From the IMG/VR virus record IMGVR_UViG_3300032227_001336, positions 10,130 to 74,129 of that record: DNA of 64,000 nucleotides; one strand, written 5' to 3'. Position 1 is the first letter of the stretch. Each line of letters starts with the position of its first letter. The DNA is from a virus. Its lineage: Duplodnaviria; Caudoviricetes. The notes under the pieces were generated by a model. It did no database searches, was not told the DNA's origin, and saw only the letters and a list, made by a program, of their open reading frames with translations. Below, in pieces: positions 10,318-20,658 of the stretch. Position numbers and translations under genes: made by a program.

Positions 10318-11181
10318 TTATTGATTTGGATATCTATTTTTACCTAGTTCAAAATCAACAAAAGCTGAATATACGTTACGATTTAGGCTGTTTGTAGCAT
10401 TTAATAATTTAGTATCAGTTTTAGTAACATTAACTTCGTTAATATATACATATTCACTATCTACTACTTTATTTTTTGTTAAATTAATATAATTAAATGA
10501 ACTACCAGTTACTGACCCTAAAGAGTTAAATGGCATTTCGTTTGGATATATTAATGGTATTAATTGGCGACTTGTATCTCTCATTATACTTGTAACAGCA
10601 TCTAAGTTGAATACGCTATCTGCTAATATTACTGCTCTTACAAAACTAATGGTTTGATCAAAACCACCGAAAGCTAAAGGTTTATTTTTACCACCCTGAT
10701 ATTTTAAATATATAACAGGATAAGTTTCTGCTCCTATAGGTAAACCTGTAGGATTTTGGTATGTTTTAGGATTTATTTGATATTGAGTTTCAAATAATAA
10801 ACTTTCTTCAGTTTTACTAGTTAAATATATATTAAAATCTTTAACAGCATAATTTCCACTTAAAGCTGTTGTAGGATTAGATATTGGTGAAGTAAAATAT
10901 AATTGACCATTTGCAGCATCAATTCCGCTTAATGTTCCTTGGCCTGGAATAGTGAAAACTCCACTTACATAAACTCCGCTTATAATATTTGCCCCAGTTA
11001 TAGAACTATCAATTACCATTTGCTTGAATGGAGCACCATAAGTATAATATCCATAATACATATTAGGAAGTGGATAAAATGTACTTTGATAATTTGCATA
11101 AGCTTCACCTTTTGTCATTATTTTATTATCTAACCAAAGTAAAATGCTTGTCATTATGATATTATCAAATTGTGGTAGCAT
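10318..11181 (-). CDS. Putative tail terminator/completion protein
   Basis: 287 aa directly upstream of the tail tube; called from synteny. Confidence 0.5.
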   Translation of the reverse strand: MLPQFDNIIMTSILLWLDNKIMTKGEAYANYQSTFYPLPNMYYGYYTYGAPFKQMVIDSSITGANIISGVYVSGVFTIPGQGTLSGIDAANGQLYFTSPISNPTTALSGNYAVKDFNIYLTSKTEESLLFETQYQINPKTYQNPTGLPIGAETYPVIYLKYQGGKNKPLAFGGFDQTISFVRAVILADSVFNLDAVTSIMRDTSRQLIPLIYPNEMPFNSLGSVTGSSFNYINLTKNKVVDSEYVYINEVNVTKTDTKLLNATNSLNRNVYSAFVDFELGKNRYPNQ

Positions 11182-11182
11182 A

Positions 11183-11773
11183 TTATCTTAAACTCCTTAT
11201 AAAATTTTGATATAATTCAGATATATATTTTACTGGTTTATAAGTTATACTTCTAACTTTATTTTTTGATTGAATAGCTTTTCCAGATCTACTATTGGGA
11301 AATAATAATCCATAAACATAATATCCAAATCCAGGAATACCATCTTCTATACCTTTGACCCAACTTCTACCACCTTCAAAAGGTAGTGGAGTTTTAGTTT
11401 TAATTTCGTCTGGAGATGGAGTGAAAACATTAAATTTTAATTGAAGATTTCTGGTGTCAAATGTTGATTTTTTATCTAAAAAAGTATTTTGTTTTACTAA
11501 GTCTTTTAGATCTTCTATAGGTTTTGATTCTGCTTCAAATCCAATGAATGCGAATAAATTTTCAACTCCATTTAAAGTACGACTTAAATTTTCTCCTTCT
11601 GGACCCTGAGAAAGCTCTTGAGAAACTGGATGTTGATCGATTTGTTCGATATAATCATTAAGATTTTCATTTAAAATTTGTTTGGCTAAATTTGTAGCTT
11701 CTTTCTTGAGAGAAGATTGGTATGCTTCGCTTAATTCTGATTTAACCTTATTAAAATTAATTTTAGTTGCCAT
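11183..11773 (-). CDS. Putative neck/tail-completion protein
   Basis: 196 aa in the head-tail joining block; called from synteny. Confidence 0.5.
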   Translation of the reverse strand: MATKINFNKVKSELSEAYQSSLKKEATNLAKQILNENLNDYIEQIDQHPVSQELSQGPEGENLSRTLNGVENLFAFIGFEAESKPIEDLKDLVKQNTFLDKKSTFDTRNLQLKFNVFTPSPDEIKTKTPLPFEGGRSWVKGIEDGIPGFGYYVYGLLFPNSRSGKAIQSKNKVRSITYKPVKYISELYQNFIRSLR

Positions 11774-12213
11774 TATTTTGTTTGTTCTAATCCATAAACA
11801 TAATACGAATTAGTTAAATATTTTTTGACTATATCTTCTGTTATTACATTCCATGTTTTTCCATCAAATTCAAGTTTTATAGTTTTACCATTATTAATAA
11901 AATCTCTTGCATCTTGTCTAACTTTTAAAGTAACATCGCCACGAGCGAATACTAATTTTAAATCACTATTTACAGCATCAATATCCCTTGAATTATTATA
12001 ATATATTCTTCCATTAAAAGTTCCAGTAACGGGTTGATATGTATAATTTACTGCATCTGATGCTTGACCATAACCATACATAGGAACACTATCTAATTGT
12101 TGAATAATTTTTATTGGTTCTTTATGAACTACAAAAGGTCTTGAAAAATAAGTAAAAAAATTATCGTATTCTTGAGCAAATCCATCAACTATTGAGGAGT
12201 CTATATAGCTCAT
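11773..12213 (-). CDS. Putative head-closure (stopper) protein
   Basis: 146 aa, beta-rich (KLEFDGKTWNV); called from synteny. Confidence 0.5.
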   Translation of the reverse strand: MSYIDSSIVDGFAQEYDNFFTYFSRPFVVHKEPIKIIQQLDSVPMYGYGQASDAVNYTYQPVTGTFNGRIYYNNSRDIDAVNSDLKLVFARGDVTLKVRQDARDFINNGKTIKLEFDGKTWNVITEDIVKKYLTNSYYVYGLEQTK

Positions 12214-12218
12214 AATTA

Positions 12219-12728
12219 TTATCCATTATAACTGGTTCTTATATTATATAATGCATCTCTATAAAAATAATCATAATAGCCAGGAATTGTATCATCTCCA
12301 GCAACTTGCAAAGGACTAACTTCATTAAGTTCGTATTTATCAACTAAATCTTTTAATTCTTTATATTCTTGTTGTCTTATTTGATAGAAATTTCTCAAAA
12401 CTTCATTTTTGTTTAATTTTTGGACGCTAGCGATATCATCTTTGATTACAGTATAATCATTAATCGCTAAACTTCCAGTACTTTTAATTTTAAGGTCAAA
12501 AAAGTATACAGAATACATTTTCTTAAAAATATACTTTTCAACATCAGAAAGATTGGGGGATATTTCATATGTTTCATCATTTATAGAAAATGATTTATTT
12601 ATCATATTGCTCAAACCACCTATATTTCTTCTTACCCAAGCGGCGATAGCTGCTATACTAAAATCAGAAGGTTCGCCCATTTCTTCATATATTTCTTGCG
12701 CAATAGATGCAACTGTATTTATTATCAT
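12219..12728 (-). CDS. Putative head-tail adaptor
   Basis: Helical ORF; start moved to ATG 12728 (MIINTVAS), which is 10 nt after GTGTAA and avoids overlap with the upstream gene. Confidence 0.55.
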   Translation of the reverse strand: MIINTVASIAQEIYEEMGEPSDFSIAAIAAWVRRNIGGLSNMINKSFSINDETYEISPNLSDVEKYIFKKMYSVYFFDLKIKSTGSLAINDYTVIKDDIASVQKLNKNEVLRNFYQIRQQEYKELKDLVDKYELNEVSPLQVAGDDTIPGYYDYFYRDALYNIRTSYNG

Positions 12729-12766
12729 ATAATACAAATTACACCTTAGAATATTTTTTTTATCTA

Positions 12767-15643
12767 TTAATAATATACTGGAATAAATCCACCTGGAGCC
12801 CAATTGAAACCGTCTAGTGGAGTAGATATATTTATATATCTCATTCTTCTGCTGCTAACCATTGGCTCAAGATTTGGTATATTTTCTATTGTAACTTGAG
12901 GTAATGAATTAATTGATCGTAAGCTAGAGACTAAAGCTGGATTAAAAGTTGTCCAACTTCCAGAACTATACCAATTAGACAGTGGAATTGTGTCAGGAGC
13001 AATTGTTTGTCCTGATTGATAATTATTTAATAATAATATTTTATATTGACTTGGATTTTGACCAAGCGCTCCTGTATAGAGCGTCCAAATTCCTCTACTA
13101 TCCGAAGTGTTTTTAACTGCATTATAAGATATAACAGAAAAATTATTGCCTTGGAATCTTGCATAAAAATAATAATATGGATTATCTACAATATTATCTA
13201 TACTCATTGCTCGTAATAATTCAGCTTCTCCAGAATTAGCATAGGAATAAGATGGAGGGTATGAAAGAGATACTTGTCTACTTGTTGCTCTTTGAAATCC
13301 AAATTCTAAACCACCTCTTTTAAGAATTCCAACGTATAAATCGTATGTTCCAGTAACTATTGTTCTTCCGTAATCCCCTCTTCCAAGCGTATTAGGAACT
13401 TGAATTGTTGAAGGTATTTTAATTGGACTATACATCTGATCATAATCTTGCCCATTAGAATCGAGGACTTCTCTATTTAAAGAATAGATAAGTTCCCCAT
13501 TTAAACCAGTTCTTTCAAGTGTTGTTGTTGAAAAATGCCAAGATTGATTTGTAATATAGCCTAATGCTTTTTGATTATCTATATTCGCTAAATTAAATGG
13601 TTGACTTGCTGATCCAGTAAATATAGTTGATCCACTTAAATATATATTGTTTGCTCTTAAACTTTTAGATCCTAAATTTAAACCACCCGAATTAAATGTA
13701 AAACTATTTGTTCCTAGTTGAACTTTTAATGTATTTGATTCATTATTAAATACGTTTCCATTACCTAAAGCTACATTATTACAGCTATTTGTAAATGTAT
13801 TTGATAATCCTAAAGAAGAATTAATAATTGAGTTGCATGATATATTATTATTTCCAAGAATAACAGAGCTGCTTGCGTTATTAAGACAATTTGTATTTCC
13901 TATGGATATATTACTATTGCCAGTTCCAAGAACCGTCGTAAAGTTTCCTAAAATTAAATCATTTGAACCACAGGAATTGTTGCTACCACCAATCGAAATA
14001 GAATTTGCAGAACCTGAAGCGTTTGGTAATGATTTACTATTATTTCCAATTAATATAGAACGATTAATATAATTACAACTATTATTACCAACTAAAACAT
14101 TTTGTTGTAAAATTGAGTTTGAATCTGGAATTATATTAGTTCCATCTAATGTATAATTACCATTTCCAAGAGTATTCGAATTTCCAACGAGTACAGAATT
14201 TTTTGTATTAAAGAATGTATTTAAATTACCTAAAGAAATAGATGTATTTAAAGTTTTATTTATATTACTATTTCCTACAATAGTAACTCCACTTATAGAT
14301 CTATTTGAAATATTATTTCCAAGCGAATTCACATTTGAAGAGATTGCCATTTCATTATTTTGTCCAACATTATTAATTGATTTTAATCCGCTAGTAAAAT
14401 AATTATCTGTACCAAAAGAGTTGATATCAGAAATAATATTTTTTGCATCTACTAATGTATTTGTATTTCCAGCAACATTTATATTGTTAAAACTATTAGA
14501 GAAAATTGTGTTTCCTTTGCCAATTAAATTAACATTAGAGCCAGTGCTATTGCTCATTAATTGTCCAACTCTATCTTGATTTATACTGTTATCTCTACCT
14601 ACTATCATACTAGTTTCTATAGATGTTACTCCAGTGCTTACTGTATTAGTTGCTCCTAAATAAATTGAAGAGTTTGAGTTATTGAGAGTTGTAGCGTTTC
14701 CAATTACTATATTGCCAGTAGATGAATTTATTATTGAATCTGATCCTACTAATAAAACATCAGATCCAGTGCTTATTATTGAAGAATTACCAAGTAGAAC
14801 TATTTTATCACTATTAAAAATAGTATTTAAATTACCATTAACTATTGAATAAATTGATGGACTATTTATATTTCCACTGTTAAATAATGCATTACTTGCA
14901 CCAAAAACATAGTTGTTTTGTTGATATAAACCACCTACTCCAGTATAATCAGAGTCTATATAGTTAAATTGTCCAATTGAAACATTTGGCCCCGCAAACG
15001 TACCATTTGCTATTGCTCCAGTAGGACTACTAGATCTAATTTCAATTCCAACAGGATAGAGTGCGTTTTCAATTTTAATGTAAGCTTCTTGATTGTCTGA
15101 TCTAAATAATAAATTTCCATTGATATTTACTTTTTCTGCAGTTACTCCTTGATCTATTCTTCCAAAATTTATATAATCATCATAACCTACAGCAAATGTT
15201 CCACTATTATATAATTTATTTATTTTACCATTTAAATCTAACGGTAGAATTTGAGCTTTAAAAAAACAAGTACTAGGGAAAACTGCTCGATTTATACTCA
15301 ACCCAGTAGAATTAACTTGAAGTCCTTCAAATCCAGTATATTTTGAAAATGATCCAGTTTGAGTTCTGCCAGTCATTAATAACCAGTATTGATTTTGATA
15401 ATGATACTTTAAATCGTTTATATCATTAAAGACTAACCCTACATTAAGTCCAGTTCCATAAGCAATTCTTAAAGTGTCGCCACTTGGTATGAAAAAAATA
15501 TCATCATATAGCCCAGTTCTTACAGAAGATGGAGTTACTATGCTTGAAGTATATAAATTTGGAACTATTCCTGTACCTTGAAAAATTTCAAAGACCCCCG
15601 AATTTAATCGTAAATTACCCTGTAAATTGCTAATAGTTGGCAT
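12767..15643 (-). CDS. Fibre/adhesin protein with YadA-head-like beta-roll repeats
   Basis: 958 aa; dozens of ~14-15-aa (S/N)(I/V)x(I/L)GxxN repeats in the central part. Confidence 0.7.
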   Translation of the reverse strand: MPTISNLQGNLRLNSGVFEIFQGTGIVPNLYTSSIVTPSSVRTGLYDDIFFIPSGDTLRIAYGTGLNVGLVFNDINDLKYHYQNQYWLLMTGRTQTGSFSKYTGFEGLQVNSTGLSINRAVFPSTCFFKAQILPLDLNGKINKLYNSGTFAVGYDDYINFGRIDQGVTAEKVNINGNLLFRSDNQEAYIKIENALYPVGIEIRSSSPTGAIANGTFAGPNVSIGQFNYIDSDYTGVGGLYQQNNYVFGASNALFNSGNINSPSIYSIVNGNLNTIFNSDKIVLLGNSSIISTGSDVLLVGSDSIINSSTGNIVIGNATTLNNSNSSIYLGATNTVSTGVTSIETSMIVGRDNSINQDRVGQLMSNSTGSNVNLIGKGNTIFSNSFNNINVAGNTNTLVDAKNIISDINSFGTDNYFTSGLKSINNVGQNNEMAISSNVNSLGNNISNRSISGVTIVGNSNINKTLNTSISLGNLNTFFNTKNSVLVGNSNTLGNGNYTLDGTNIIPDSNSILQQNVLVGNNSCNYINRSILIGNNSKSLPNASGSANSISIGGSNNSCGSNDLILGNFTTVLGTGNSNISIGNTNCLNNASSSVILGNNNISCNSIINSSLGLSNTFTNSCNNVALGNGNVFNNESNTLKVQLGTNSFTFNSGGLNLGSKSLRANNIYLSGSTIFTGSASQPFNLANIDNQKALGYITNQSWHFSTTTLERTGLNGELIYSLNREVLDSNGQDYDQMYSPIKIPSTIQVPNTLGRGDYGRTIVTGTYDLYVGILKRGGLEFGFQRATSRQVSLSYPPSYSYANSGEAELLRAMSIDNIVDNPYYYFYARFQGNNFSVISYNAVKNTSDSRGIWTLYTGALGQNPSQYKILLLNNYQSGQTIAPDTIPLSNWYSSGSWTTFNPALVSSLRSINSLPQVTIENIPNLEPMVSSRRMRYINISTPLDGFNWAPGGFIPVYY

Positions 15644-15662
15644 ATATAATTATATACACAAA

Positions 15663-16562
15663 TTACACCAAATTTTTAATTAATAAATCTTTATTATAGA
15701 TCTTGTTGATATCTATATCGCATTGATGAGGTAAACCTACGAATTCTTTCTCTAGTATAATTCCATCTATTTTATGGGTAAAAACTCTTGATTCTTCTAA
15801 TGGTCCAAGATTATTATGTATATTATATCCTAATTTTTCTGGTGAAGTAGCTACCCAACATACCGTCGATGGAAGCATAAGAGCTGCAGCAGCATGTTGG
15901 GCAAATGAATCAATTAAAAGTCTTTTATTTGTTAATGTTAAAAAACAAAATATTTCTCGCCAATTAGCATTTAATTTTTCTGTATCTTTTAGAGTCATTT
16001 GATCATCTCTTCTTAAATGAAAAATATGATACTTTCCTTTAAGTTCGTCAACAACTTCTTGAACTATATCTGTATTTAAATCTCTAGCCCAATTATAGTT
16101 AGATTGATTTTCTGCTCCTCCATTAGTTTGTAAAGCTAATATTGGTTTATTTCTATTATATTTTTTATATGCATCAATTAATTCTATTTGAGTTAAAAAT
16201 AATCTAGGATTTTCACCAGTATATTTTAGTCCAAACATATTGCACCAAGATTCAATTAAATGTTTGCCAGTAGTAACATATTCATTACTTTGATAAACTT
16301 CGTTTCCTAAAAATATAACATCTTTATTTTTAATAAAATCTTCATAAAAATACTGGGCAGTATTTGATCTATAAACTCTATAAACAAAAGGATTATTTAA
16401 AAAAACTTCTGGGTATGGACATATTACTATTAATTTTCTATCTGGATAATTTTTATTTATATTCTCTGCTACCGCAGTAGCTGCGATATGTTTGCCTATA
16501 CCGCCCTGAAGAAAGAAAATTACTGTTTTCAATTTATTTATTATATTATAATACCATAACAA
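15663..16562 (-). CDS. Glycosyltransferase, GT9 (heptosyltransferase)-like GT-B fold
   Basis: GGIGKHIAAT...YPDRKLIV N-terminal motif and IDSFAQHAAAAL..PSTV.W C-terminal motif; true start may be TTG at 16532. Confidence 0.75.
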   Translation of the reverse strand: MLWYYNIINKLKTVIFFLQGGIGKHIAATAVAENINKNYPDRKLIVICPYPEVFLNNPFVYRVYRSNTAQYFYEDFIKNKDVIFLGNEVYQSNEYVTTGKHLIESWCNMFGLKYTGENPRLFLTQIELIDAYKKYNRNKPILALQTNGGAENQSNYNWARDLNTDIVQEVVDELKGKYHIFHLRRDDQMTLKDTEKLNANWREIFCFLTLTNKRLLIDSFAQHAAAALMLPSTVCWVATSPEKLGYNIHNNLGPLEESRVFTHKIDGIILEKEFVGLPHQCDIDINKIYNKDLLIKNLV

Positions 16563-16593
16563 TATCTATTAATTGTTACTCAAAAATATAATA

Positions 16594-16833
16594 TTAATAT
16601 AATTTATTTTTAATATGATTTACTGTTTCTATAAAAGTATCTATGCGAATTTCACTTATACCATTTTCTTCTATTCTATTAACTAATGTTACGTTACCAA
16701 TAGGTCTAAGATAAAAGCTTAAATGATATGCGTTTTCAGCATAAGCAACAGTAATATCGTCTTTAATATAAAAAGCAGGATTATTTTCATTAAATCCAAG
16801 AGAAATTAAATGATTTTTGATATTTTCAAGCAT
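16594..16833 (-). CDS. Hypothetical protein
   Basis: 79-aa ORF; GTGTAA 9 nt upstream. Confidence 0.75.
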   Translation of the reverse strand: MLENIKNHLISLGFNENNPAFYIKDDITVAYAENAYHLSFYLRPIGNVTLVNRIEENGISEIRIDTFIETVNHIKNKLY

Positions 16834-16848
16834 ATGTTTATATTACAC

Positions 16849-19800
16849 TTATATAGAAAACAATTTGAAGTCTTTTTTAAGTACTCCATCTATTCCCATT
16901 TTACCTATTGCAATTCTTTCTTCTGGATAAGTATCTAAAAAATCACCATAAAAATAGATATTATCTCCAGAATAATTAGCTCCATTAATATATTGCCTCA
17001 TCCATTGAGTTTCCCCTCCAAATCCTCTTCCATAGAAATTTTCAATATTTGTATTAAGTGTGAAATTTTTATTACAAATTGGATCACCATTAGTTTTATT
17101 TGTTATAGTTAAAAAAGCATTTTGATTAGTTAATCTGTTCATATTTTCATAACCAAAATCTCTTGTATAACGATTAACAACATACAATTTATTATCGTAA
17201 ACCATAAATTCTTCGCCAGCTCTTCCCTGAAGAGTTTGTCCTCCACCAACATTATCCTGTGCTTCCCAAACAGAACCAGCATATCCTCCAAAAGTTTTTA
17301 TTAATTGACCACCAGTAGCATTAACAAAATGAACACCTCGATTACCAGAATTTTGATATAATTCCCAATGATGGCCACAAAATCCAACACCAGTTCCAGG
17401 ATATACTTTTACATCTTCAACATAATCATAACTTTGAAGGGTGAAATTATTAAACAAATAAGAACTTGGATCAGAATAATAAGATTTATTTACGCTAAAA
17501 TTTGGTATAGCAGTGAAATTACTATAAACAGCTCCATTAGATACATTCACTGCGCACATTCTTAACTTTGATGTAACTCCTACTGCAGAAAAATTACCAC
17601 CAGCATATAAATAATCTCCACTTATATCTATTGCTCTAACTGTACTATTAAAATTAGGATTAAAAGATGCATCTAAAGCTCCATCTGAAAGTCTAATTTT
17701 TGCACATCGATTTCTTGTCACTCCACTCACAAGAGTAAAGTCACCACCAACGTACATATGACTTCCGCTTATTTTCATACAAAGAACTGAATTATTTCCA
17801 ATATTAGGATTAAAATTTGGATCTAATGTATTTGTACTTAAATTCCATGCTGCTATACGATTTCTTGTTATTCCACCTACTGTTGTAAAACTTCCTCCTA
17901 TATATAACATGTTTCCACTGCTAGCAAACGCCAAGCAACCACCATTCAAATTTGGATCAAAAGATGTTAAAAATGTATGGGGTTGAGTTTTAACATCCCA
18001 ACCAGCTATATAATTTCTTGTTGTAGTTGCCGTGCTAGGTGGAGGACTATTTCTAACATTAGTAAAATAACCTCCTATAAATACAAGACCACTATCTTGA
18101 TGAATATGCATAGATTGAACTGTAGAGTTTGGATTTGGAGCCCAACCAGTGTATAATCTTCCATTATTTAATTCATAAGCTATACAAGCTCTATCAAGAG
18201 GTAAAGTGTCATTTTGCGTTAAATTTGATCCACCTATATAAAGTTTCCCACTATAAATATCCATACAATATAAATCATTCATCATTGTTGATCTTGGGTA
18301 TCTTTGCATTTCGGTTGTATTAAAATCAAAAGCTGTTAATGTATAAGCTTTTCCTGTGCCTAAATCTGCAAAAGTTCCACCTACTATAATTCCAGATGGA
18401 TGAACTCTAACTTGAAGGGGATGCCTACTAAATGCTGGATTCCAATTTGTTATACCAGAAGTTGTTAAATTTATTGCAGCGCCTCTTGGTCTTGGCAAGC
18501 CACTTACAGTATGAAATCTACCAACAGCATATAAAATATTATTTGCATCATCAATATCTAAATTATAAATAACATCATCAAATGGTATATTTAAATCTGT
18601 TATTTGTTTTTTTTGTATATCATAGCAAAATAATCCACTTCTACTTAATCCACTCACTTGAGTAAATCTTCCACCGACATAAAGAAGATTATCTTTTCTT
18701 TTCATTGTACTAACGAGGGAACTATTAGTATAAGCTCTTCCATATCCTTCTTTGTTTATTGGATCAGGAAAATCTTGAATTTGCCAATTTAATCCTTCAA
18801 CGATTGTGTTTGTTCCAGTATTAACTCCTACAAAAAATCTAGTATTAATATCTCCATTTTTTTGAAATTGACCACCTATATATACAATATTTCCACTTTT
18901 TTCTATACATGTTACAGCACGATCACTATTATAATAATCTAAATTTGGATTAAATGAAGAAGTCGTTTTTCCACTTATAAGGTCTACGCTCGCAATTCCA
19001 CCTCTAACTTGTGAATTAGCCCAATCAAAAGTACCACCTAAAAACATAGAGTTAGATCCAGTATCAAGATACATAGTATTGACTAAAGCTATATTAACAT
19101 TAGGATGATAAATTTCAGGGGCCCAATCTGTTATTGAGTTAGTATTTAAATCTATACATGCAGTATTAGATCTTTCTTTAAAAATTTTATTATTAGAACT
19201 TGAGCATGGACTTGTGTGAGTAAAAAATAATTTATTATCTATAATTCTTTTAATTGATTGGCTTGCTGAACCTAAAACTCCTCCCCGATAATGGTCAAGG
19301 GTTCCATAAAGATATTTACCACTGATTGTATCAATTATGTTTGTATATCCGTATAATTTTCTTCCACTTAAAGCTATATCAGTAGATATATTAGGCCAAC
19401 CATAATTAGCATTTACTACATTATTATTAATACCGCCCCCAGCTTCAATTAATAAAAATTTTCCATCGCCAAATTCTTTAATCATTTTTCCATTATATCC
19501 ACATAAGCTTGGAGATCCTCCTCTATCAGGAGCAAATTGACTTATTAAATTTCCACTATCATAATCAAATTTTGCTATCCAATTATATGGATCTCCAGAT
19601 CCTTGTGGATTCATTGGCGTAGTTCCACCTAAAATATAAACTCCACTTTTACCAAGCTCTAATTGTCCAAATAGATTATTTGCTATGTTAGGGTTCCAAG
19701 GTAAAAGATTAAAATTTAAATCACAAGCTGCTGCTCGATTTCTTGTTACTCCATTTACAGTTGTAAAATATCCTATAAAATATATTGCTTTTCTTATAGG

Positions 19801-20652
19801 ATCTAATTTTGCATGGACTACTCCTCCGTTACAACTTTGCAATCCAGTAATTGCAAATCCACTAATAATTTCATGAGCAGAAATTCCCCCTAAAGTTTTG
19901 CCATCATTTGTTGAAAAATTATTATTATACATTACTATTCCTGTGCCACCGCTAGGATAAAAAGATCCTGTTACAAAAAATGGTTCTCTTGGCGCATTAC
20001 TAACTGTTCTAGAAAGATTACATGTAGAATTTGTTTGAGTAAGATAATAACCCATTGCATTTCTGGTATCTTTAGCTAAAGCAATTCTATTAGTTGTTCG
20101 ACTTCCAGGATTTTCAGCAGAACTAGGTGGAAAAAAAGTACTTACATTATTTCCGCCACCAAAAAGCCAACCTGTCCTTGAATTTAACATTAAAATAGTT
20201 TTTCCATCTTTTCCTCCACCCATTCCAAGAGCCCATCCAGTGTTTAAACCAGAAGTAGTAATATTAACATAATGCCCATATCTTAATCTATTATTAATTG
20301 TAACAGGTAATCCATTGGCTGGACTAGAAAAATAATATTGATTATTTGATCTTACTTGAGTTATACAACAAACATAACTATTATCATCTAATTTTACAAT
20401 ATCATTAAAATATACGCCATTTCCATGATGAAATTGATCTAATTTAAATTCTATTGGGTTCTCTGAGATTTGAATACCAGATCCAGTATAATCAAAAACA
20501 GTTAATGGCGCAGATTTATATCCAGCAACTCCAAAAAAACCTCCTCCAACATACAAAAGATTATTATTTCTAACTGATGTACTAATTGGACCATTAAAAG
20601 CTCCAAGGTTATTATTTTGATCTGCTTCACTTGTTATAAATGTATTAAACAT
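16849..20652 (-). CDS. Multi-bladed beta-propeller repeat protein (probable virion adhesin)
   Basis: Many LY(I/V)GG.FT.V.G..RN..A.......L...F.P..N..V repeats of roughly 50 aa. Confidence 0.75.
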   Translation of the reverse strand: MFNTFITSEADQNNNLGAFNGPISTSVRNNNLLYVGGGFFGVAGYKSAPLTVFDYTGSGIQISENPIEFKLDQFHHGNGVYFNDIVKLDDNSYVCCITQVRSNNQYYFSSPANGLPVTINNRLRYGHYVNITTSGLNTGWALGMGGGKDGKTILMLNSRTGWLFGGGNNVSTFFPPSSAENPGSRTTNRIALAKDTRNAMGYYLTQTNSTCNLSRTVSNAPREPFFVTGSFYPSGGTGIVMYNNNFSTNDGKTLGGISAHEIISGFAITGLQSCNGGVVHAKLDPIRKAIYFIGYFTTVNGVTRNRAAACDLNFNLLPWNPNIANNLFGQLELGKSGVYILGGTTPMNPQGSGDPYNWIAKFDYDSGNLISQFAPDRGGSPSLCGYNGKMIKEFGDGKFLLIEAGGGINNNVVNANYGWPNISTDIALSGRKLYGYTNIIDTISGKYLYGTLDHYRGGVLGSASQSIKRIIDNKLFFTHTSPCSSSNNKIFKERSNTACIDLNTNSITDWAPEIYHPNVNIALVNTMYLDTGSNSMFLGGTFDWANSQVRGGIASVDLISGKTTSSFNPNLDYYNSDRAVTCIEKSGNIVYIGGQFQKNGDINTRFFVGVNTGTNTIVEGLNWQIQDFPDPINKEGYGRAYTNSSLVSTMKRKDNLLYVGGRFTQVSGLSRSGLFCYDIQKKQITDLNIPFDDVIYNLDIDDANNILYAVGRFHTVSGLPRPRGAAINLTTSGITNWNPAFSRHPLQVRVHPSGIIVGGTFADLGTGKAYTLTAFDFNTTEMQRYPRSTMMNDLYCMDIYSGKLYIGGSNLTQNDTLPLDRACIAYELNNGRLYTGWAPNPNSTVQSMHIHQDSGLVFIGGYFTNVRNSPPPSTATTTRNYIAGWDVKTQPHTFLTSFDPNLNGGCLAFASSGNMLYIGGSFTTVGGITRNRIAAWNLSTNTLDPNFNPNIGNNSVLCMKISGSHMYVGGDFTLVSGVTRNRCAKIRLSDGALDASFNPNFNSTVRAIDISGDYLYAGGNFSAVGVTSKLRMCAVNVSNGAVYSNFTAIPNFSVNKSYYSDPSSYLFNNFTLQSYDYVEDVKVYPGTGVGFCGHHWELYQNSGNRGVHFVNATGGQLIKTFGGYAGSVWEAQDNVGGGQTLQGRAGEEFMVYDNKLYVVNRYTRDFGYENMNRLTNQNAFLTITNKTNGDPICNKNFTLNTNIENFYGRGFGGETQWMRQYINGANYSGDNIYFYGDFLDTYPEERIAIGKMGIDGVLKKDFKLFSI

Positions 20653-20658
20653 AATAAA

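Noticed and set aside
12729-12803. Longer starts given for ORFs 12219, 27444, 38209 and 58196
   Set aside because: They overlap upstream genes or the GTGTAA element; downstream ATGs (12728, 27845, 38409, 59179) fit better
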